Below are positions 58,927 through 64,000 of a stretch of 64,000 nucleotides of DNA, piece after piece. The notes below the pieces were generated by a model that had not been told where the DNA came from, searched no databases, and worked only from the letters and a program-made list of their open reading frames with translations. The position numbers were made by a program, and so were the translations under genes. The DNA comes from an uncultured Poribacteria bacterium (lineage in GTDB: Bacteria > Poribacteria > WGA-4E > WGA-3G): NCBI GenBank assembly GCA_958296135.2, contig CATQHZ020000001.1, forward strand, positions 960,001-1,024,000, in the 5' to 3' direction. Positions within the stretch are counted from its first letter, which is position 1; every line of letters begins with the position of its first letter.

Positions 58927-59592
58927 ATGAACATTCTCATGTTACGCCACTCTGCTGGCTTTGAACACAGCTACCTACCGAACGCCGAAGTCGCGCTGAA
59001 GCAAATCGGCGCGGCAAACGGGTGGAACGTGGTAACGACGCACCGCTGCGACAGGATTACCGCCGACACCCTTGAAAAACAGGACATCGTCGCCTTCGCA
59101 ACGACCGGCAATCTGCCGTTTGACGATTCCCAGAAAGAGGCACTGCTCAGCTTCGTCCGCAACGGCAAGGCATTCTTCGGTATCCATAACGCCACCGATA
59201 CCTGCTACGATTGGCCCGAGTACGGCGAAATGCTCGGCGGCTACTTCGCAGGGCACCCGTGGCACGAAGAAGTGAACGTCATCGTTGAAGATGCGAATCA
59301 TCCCGCGACACGGATGCTCGGCAGCGACTTCAAAGTTGTCGACGAAATCTACACGTTCAAAAATTGGGACCGCGGCAAAACGCGCGTGCTAATGCGCTTG
59401 GACAACGACTCCATTGATGTCTCTCGCGGTAACCGGGCAGACCACGATTATGCCCTCGGCTGGTGCCATACCTACGGCAAGGGGCGCGTGATGTATACCG
59501 CCCTCGGCCATCCGGACGCACTCTGGGAGCAGCCGTGGTTCCATGAACACATCACCGGCTGCATCAAGTGGGCTGGCGGGTTGGAAGATTAA
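58927..59592 (+). CDS. ThuA domain (class I GATase-like) protein
   Basis: GFEHS, FFGIHNATDT, GGYF.GHPW, DEIY, GRVMYTALGH. Confidence 0.9.
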   Translation: MNILMLRHSAGFEHSYLPNAEVALKQIGAANGWNVVTTHRCDRITADTLEKQDIVAFATTGNLPFDDSQKEALLSFVRNGKAFFGIHNATDTCYDWPEYGEMLGGYFAGHPWHEEVNVIVEDANHPATRMLGSDFKVVDEIYTFKNWDRGKTRVLMRLDNDSIDVSRGNRADHDYALGWCHTYGKGRVMYTALGHPDALWEQPWFHEHITGCIKWAGGLED

Positions 59593-59635
59593 CGCCGGTG
59601 GGGTAGATATTTAACGGCACCCGCCTAGCCCGCGA

Positions 59636-59760
59636 AGCATCGAGACCAGGAGGTCTCTCCTACAAGGAGCAATCGCGACACGGGAGGTCTCTCCTACTGC
59701 ATCGAGACCAGGAGGTCTCTCCTACAAGGAGCAATCGCGACACGGGAGGTCTCTCCTACA
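59636..59760. repeat. Four tandem REP units (atcg(a/c)gac..ggaggtctctcctac)
   Basis: Two duplicated pairs between convergent genes. Confidence 0.85.
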
Positions 59761-59783
59761 CGCGCGCTGCAGGGCGCGGGAGC

Positions 59784-60785
59784 TCAGTCGGCGATGACCC
59801 CGGTTGCACGCAAAAGCGTCTCCTGCACGAGCAACTCGTGCGATACCGGACGGTCGCGTAACTGCGCGCCGGCGATAGTCATTAAGAATGCGTCTAATTC
59901 TAACTCATAGAGGCGTTGGCGGCCCTCACCGGCTGTTTCGACAAGTTGTTCGCCTTTAGCATAGCCGCCCTTCGCCTCTTCCAGACACAGCCGAATCTTG
60001 ATGCCCGGTTCAAACGGCTCCACGATGATGGCACTTCCTTCTGTGCCGTAGACCTCGAATCGGCGTGCCATCGGGCGCGGCTCTAAAGCGGAGATGGAAA
60101 TAAACGCCATCGCCTTTTGAAATTCATAGACGGTGAGCGTGTTGTCTTTGAAAGGTTCGACGGAACCGCCGTCGTTTCGGAGGAACGCCGTGACTTTCTC
60201 GGGTCTGCCGAGGATCCACAGCACCTGGTCCAGTACGTGGCCGCCCAGGTCGAAAAAGATGCCGCCGATGTGTTGACTGATGCGCGCGCGTGCTTCGTGC
60301 GATACGTTCGTGGACATGTGTGCGCGCACCGAGAATACATCGCCGAGGAAGCCAGAGTGCGCCCACGCCGCAACCTGCTTGAAAGCGGAGTGGTACCGCA
60401 GCATATACCCCAGCTGCACTAACAGCGATTTGTCATCGGCGGTGCTGATGACGCGCTGCCACTGCCCCCAGTTCTCGCCCGCGGGTTTATCATACCAGAC
60501 ATGCTTGCCGGCGTTGACAATTTCTTCCGTCTGGTCCAGGCTTTCAGCGTTGCTTCCTTCCGAGGCGATTGCCACGATGGTTTCGTCGTTCAGCATTTCG
60601 GTTGCGTCGGTGAACCAGTGGACATCCGCAAATGTGCCTGAGCCAGCCTGCAGTTTTGCGCGCTGTTCTGCGTCCGGTTCAAAAACGCCGGCGACTTCCA
60701 CATCGGGATTTGTCAGCATCGCCTTCAATTTTCCGCCGGCGTGTCCATGTTTTGTGCCGTATTGTGCCATCCGTATTTTCGCCAT
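59784..60785 (-). CDS. Gfo/Idh/MocA family oxidoreductase
   Basis: HVWYDKP, QLGYMLRY, GGIFFDLGGH, EVYGTEG. Confidence 0.9.
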   Translation of the reverse strand: MAKIRMAQYGTKHGHAGGKLKAMLTNPDVEVAGVFEPDAEQRAKLQAGSGTFADVHWFTDATEMLNDETIVAIASEGSNAESLDQTEEIVNAGKHVWYDKPAGENWGQWQRVISTADDKSLLVQLGYMLRYHSAFKQVAAWAHSGFLGDVFSVRAHMSTNVSHEARARISQHIGGIFFDLGGHVLDQVLWILGRPEKVTAFLRNDGGSVEPFKDNTLTVYEFQKAMAFISISALEPRPMARRFEVYGTEGSAIIVEPFEPGIKIRLCLEEAKGGYAKGEQLVETAGEGRQRLYELELDAFLMTIAGAQLRDRPVSHELLVQETLLRATGVIAD

Positions 60786-60969
60786 ATTTCGTAACTCCCA
60801 TGAAAACAGAATTGGTGTTATGTGACGATTATATGCATATCCGATTGTATGTCAAGAGATATTTATTTGTCTTATTTCTATTCGCCGCCTGGGCGACGGA
60901 ATAAAGAATTTGATTTTATTTCTGAAATTTGTTATCATTGAAGGCCGTGGGATAAGAGAGTTCGCGTTG

Positions 60970-61255
60970 CATGGCGAGGGTTTCCGCCGCGAGGGTCCGC
61001 ACGATACGAACCCGCCCTTTTTACCGTAGCGCGGTGGCCTGTCCGCCGCGATCGGTGCATGGCGAGGGACAGGCCCTCGCCCTACGGTTAACTAGGGTGC
61101 TCTGGCATGGCGAGGGACAGGCCCTCGCCCTACGGACGAAAGGCCCTTTTTACCGTAGCGCGGCGGCCTGTCCGCCGCGATCGTTCGCGCAAGGCATGGC
61201 GAGGGGCACCCTCGGCGATTCGCGCACGGCGAGGGGAACCCTCGCCCTACGGGAT
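60970..61255. repeat. REP array
   Basis: gcatggcgagggacaggccctcgccctacgg and cgtagcgcggcggcctgtccgccgcg units. Confidence 0.85.
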
Positions 61256-61284
61256 ATGGGATGGGAGAGAGAGAGGTAAGCACC

Positions 61285-62094
61285 ATGGCACAAACAACTT
61301 ACTTAGCACATCAAACCGTCAGCGACGCGCAAGTTCAGGAATGGGTGGAGACTTTCCATCGGCAAGGCTTCCTCTTCCTGCAGGACGTTTTGCCGCCCGA
61401 TTGGTGTGCGCAACTTCGGCAAGATCTGGAATGGGCGCTTGAGAATAATCCGAACGGCTTAAATAGCGGTAGTCCAGCCGGACGGATGCATCTGAGCCAT
61501 CGGATGTTTGAACACAGCGAGGCAAATCGTCGGCTGTTCGACCTGGAGCCCATCGTCACGTTTGCGGAGGCACTTGTCGCCGAGAATTGCCACGTTATCC
61601 ATAACAATTCGTTCCAGACCTTTCCCGGCGGCGGGATTACGACGTGGCACCAAGACGATGCCCCGCATTACCTCGTGACAGACGGTAAACCGCCGACGAA
61701 CGTGCGCCTGCCGGTTTTGCTGTTCACGGCGAATTATTACCTCACCGATGTCACCGAGGTAGAGTACGGCGGGACAGAGGTGATTCCGAGTTCGCATCTG
61801 TTCGGCGCGTCGCCGCCGAAGGCGTTGGAAGAGTCGGAATGGGCAGACCAGGTTCAGTATAACCTCGGCAAAGCGGGGAGCGTAGTGATGTTCAACAACC
61901 AGGTCTGGCATCGCGGCGGTCCGAATCAGAGTCAGCGGACGCGGTATATCACGCAGGTGACGTATGCGCGTCGGCTCGTTGGGCACAAGTATTATCCTTT
62001 CATGAACTATGCGATGCCGACGGCTGTCTACAAGGATGCGAATCCGCGTTTGCAGCGGTTGCTAGGGTTCCTTAATCACGGGGCTTACGGGTAA
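61285..62094 (+). CDS. Phytanoyl-CoA dioxygenase (PhyH) family 2OG-Fe(II) oxygenase
   Basis: F..QGFL, WHQD, YLTDV..GGT.VIP.SH, WHRG..N.S..R. Confidence 0.92.
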   Translation: MAQTTYLAHQTVSDAQVQEWVETFHRQGFLFLQDVLPPDWCAQLRQDLEWALENNPNGLNSGSPAGRMHLSHRMFEHSEANRRLFDLEPIVTFAEALVAENCHVIHNNSFQTFPGGGITTWHQDDAPHYLVTDGKPPTNVRLPVLLFTANYYLTDVTEVEYGGTEVIPSSHLFGASPPKALEESEWADQVQYNLGKAGSVVMFNNQVWHRGGPNQSQRTRYITQVTYARRLVGHKYYPFMNYAMPTAVYKDANPRLQRLLGFLNHGAYG

Positions 62095-62180
62095 ATGAGG
62101 CCCGGCCACGTAGGCGTTGACAACGTCAATTCAGAACGTGCGTGCAAACTGGCGCGATGCTTATGCGAAATACAGAAAAG

Positions 62181-63236
62181 ATGAAAGCAGTTGTCTTCTC
62201 AGAACAGGGTGGCACCGATGTGTTGCGTTGGACAGACATCCCTAAGCCGACGCTAGATGCTCCCGATATTCTCGTGAAGGTAGCATCATGCGCGGTGAAC
62301 TATCTGGATATCCATGCTCGGCGTAACCGGCCCGAAATCGCGGAGAAACTGCGCCGCGGGGATACGCCGCACATTCTCGGTTCGGATATCGCAGGTGTTG
62401 TCGTTGAAATCGGCGGCGACTCGGCATCGCCGGGAGTTTCTGTCGGCGACCGGGTTGTCCTCGCGCCTTGCATGCCGTGCGAAGCGTGCAGCGATTGCCA
62501 TCGGGGTGCCGAGAATTTATGCGCGATGCAGCAACTCATCGGTTTCCAGACGAACGGCGGGTACGCGGCATATGTCAAAGCGCCGGCGCAAAACGCGATT
62601 CGGATGCCGGATTCGTTGTCGTTTATCAACGCCGCTGCGATGCCGATTGCCTATTTAACAGCGTGGCACATGCTGATGACGCGGGCGCAGCTTCGCCCCG
62701 GCGAGGACATTTTAATCCTTGGTGTTGGCGGAAGTGTGGGGAGTGCCGGGTTGCAGATTGCCAACCTTGCCGGGGCTCGCGTTTTCGCCACGGCAAGCAC
62801 CTCGCGGAAATGCGAACGCGCACGGGAGCTCGGCGCGGCTGTCGCGATTAATTATACGGAGAAGGATTTCTCGGAAGCTGTGTTAGAAGAGACAGGCGGC
62901 CGCGGTGTTGACGTTGTGTTGGAGCATATCGGTGCGGCGACATGGGGACAGAGCCTCGCGAGTCTCGCCAAAAACGGGCGGCTCGTTTCGTGTGGTGTAA
63001 CAACGGGTAATATGGGGGAGATTGACATCCGAAAGATGTATCAAAAAGAGTTGACGCTGATGGGTTCCGCGCTCGGTACTGTTGCGGAACTTCGGACGCT
63101 TATCCATCTCGCTGGGCAGGGGAAGTTGGAGCCGATTATCGACAGCGTTCTGCCGTTGCAGCGTGCTGGCGAGGCGCACACATTGTTGGAAAACCGCCAA
63201 AACTTCGGCAAAGTGTGCCTAGTCCCCGAACTGTAG
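62181..63236 (+). CDS. Zinc-binding alcohol dehydrogenase (MDR) family protein
   Basis: MKAVV, ILGSD.AG, C..C..C......C structural Zn motif, GVGGSVG, N.GKV.L; start could be 62142-62181. Confidence 0.92.
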   Translation: MKAVVFSEQGGTDVLRWTDIPKPTLDAPDILVKVASCAVNYLDIHARRNRPEIAEKLRRGDTPHILGSDIAGVVVEIGGDSASPGVSVGDRVVLAPCMPCEACSDCHRGAENLCAMQQLIGFQTNGGYAAYVKAPAQNAIRMPDSLSFINAAAMPIAYLTAWHMLMTRAQLRPGEDILILGVGGSVGSAGLQIANLAGARVFATASTSRKCERARELGAAVAINYTEKDFSEAVLEETGGRGVDVVLEHIGAATWGQSLASLAKNGRLVSCGVTTGNMGEIDIRKMYQKELTLMGSALGTVAELRTLIHLAGQGKLEPIIDSVLPLQRAGEAHTLLENRQNFGKVCLVPEL

Positions 63237-63245
63237 CAATTGGGT

Positions 63246-63626
63246 TTACTCTTCATCCGTGGCAGTTTCCGAGCGGTTTTTGAGGAAATGATAGAACGCG
63301 GACAGTGCCCGTTTGTCTGCTTTCGGAAGTGCCAGTATCCCTGGGAACATCGTGCTGATTTCCGGGTCTGCAAGAATATCATCGTAGCTGCGTAGTGCGC
63401 GCCCGAGCAGCCAATCCGTTGTGACTTTCAGTGCATCGGAGAGGCTACACAGCGTTCTGCATGAAGGCGTGCGAACCCCGGATTCAAACTGCGAGATTGC
63501 TGCGGTGGTTAGGTTCGCCGCTGTCGCTAGTTCCTTCTGCGTCATTCCCAATTCCCGGCGGCGCAGTTTTATGCGCGCCCCGGTCTGCTTGTCCTGTGGT
63601 GGCATTGTGTCTGCTTTTTGGTTCAT
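63246..63626 (-). CDS. XRE family HTH transcriptional regulator
   Basis: GARIKLRR.ELGMTQKELA..ISQFESG.R.PS..L..AL.VTTDWLLG. Confidence 0.92.
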   Translation of the reverse strand: MNQKADTMPPQDKQTGARIKLRRRELGMTQKELATAANLTTAAISQFESGVRTPSCRTLCSLSDALKVTTDWLLGRALRSYDDILADPEISTMFPGILALPKADKRALSAFYHFLKNRSETATDEE

Positions 63627-63723
63627 GGATGTTCCTTAAGGAGATTCCCCCGTTTTCTCCTGACGGGGATTGCGTGTTGAAAGTGCATTTTAACAAAAGA
63701 ATGGTTTAAAATCCAATTTAATT

Positions 63724-63752
63724 TTGACAAAAAGTTGCAATTTTGCTATAAT
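63724..63752 (+). promoter_or_regulatory. Sigma70 promoter divergent from the XRE gene
   Basis: TTGACA-17-TATAAT with TG extension. Confidence 0.8.
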
Positions 63753-63886
63753 ATGTTTAAATCCACCCCATATTCCGAGATGAAAACATTTTGCCATAAA
63801 AAACATGGGAAATAGCGGCGGTTTTTCGTTGCATCCGTCGCCTTAAAAAATGTCCACATTGCCCGCAATCTGGCAAAGGAGAACTT

Positions 63887-64000
63887 ATGAAACGCAAGAT
63901 ACCGCTTCTGCTATTCTGCCTCAGTCTTTGCTTCGTCGCTGCGCCTTTCCGGCATGTATTCGCCGAGGCACATCGCGTGCAGACAGCCGTGGGAATGAAG
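63887..64000 (+). CDS. Secreted protein, 5' end only (truncated)
   Basis: SD AAGGAG; MKRKIPLLLFCLSLCFVAAPFRHVFA looks like a signal peptide. Confidence 0.65.
   Translation, partial: MKRKIPLLLFCLSLCFVAAPFRHVFAEAHRVQTAVGMK

Overview
A GC-rich bacterial chromosomal window. It most resembles Candidatus Poribacteria (inferred from gene content: PhyH, Gfo/Idh/MocA and ThuA enzymes, lamin-tail, ankyrin and TPR proteins, and a '..LTTFGALK' C-terminal motif; not verified). Housekeeping content is a five-tRNA cluster followed by tig-clpP-clpX-lon-rqcP-pdxA, plus purE, rpsU, mrp and many catabolic enzymes. Accessory content includes an intact tnpB-only IS607-like element, a 2139-aa gingipain/PorU-like C25 protease, duplicated retropepsin-like proteases, a CotH-ankyrin fusion, a small defence-like island (type IIG-like methylase, TIR-TPR, unknown gene), a RelE-type TA pair behind rpsU and a stand-alone dsRBD gene, and a large secreted lamin-tail protein. 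Intergenic DNA is crowded with several families of GTAG-type REP palindromes, some of which are translated inside genes. The most unusual signal is a non-coding 50-154 bp hairpin-bearing element, present in 14 copies. It always sits at the same nucleotide of the REP loop without target duplication, and filled and empty sister sites are visible in the window.
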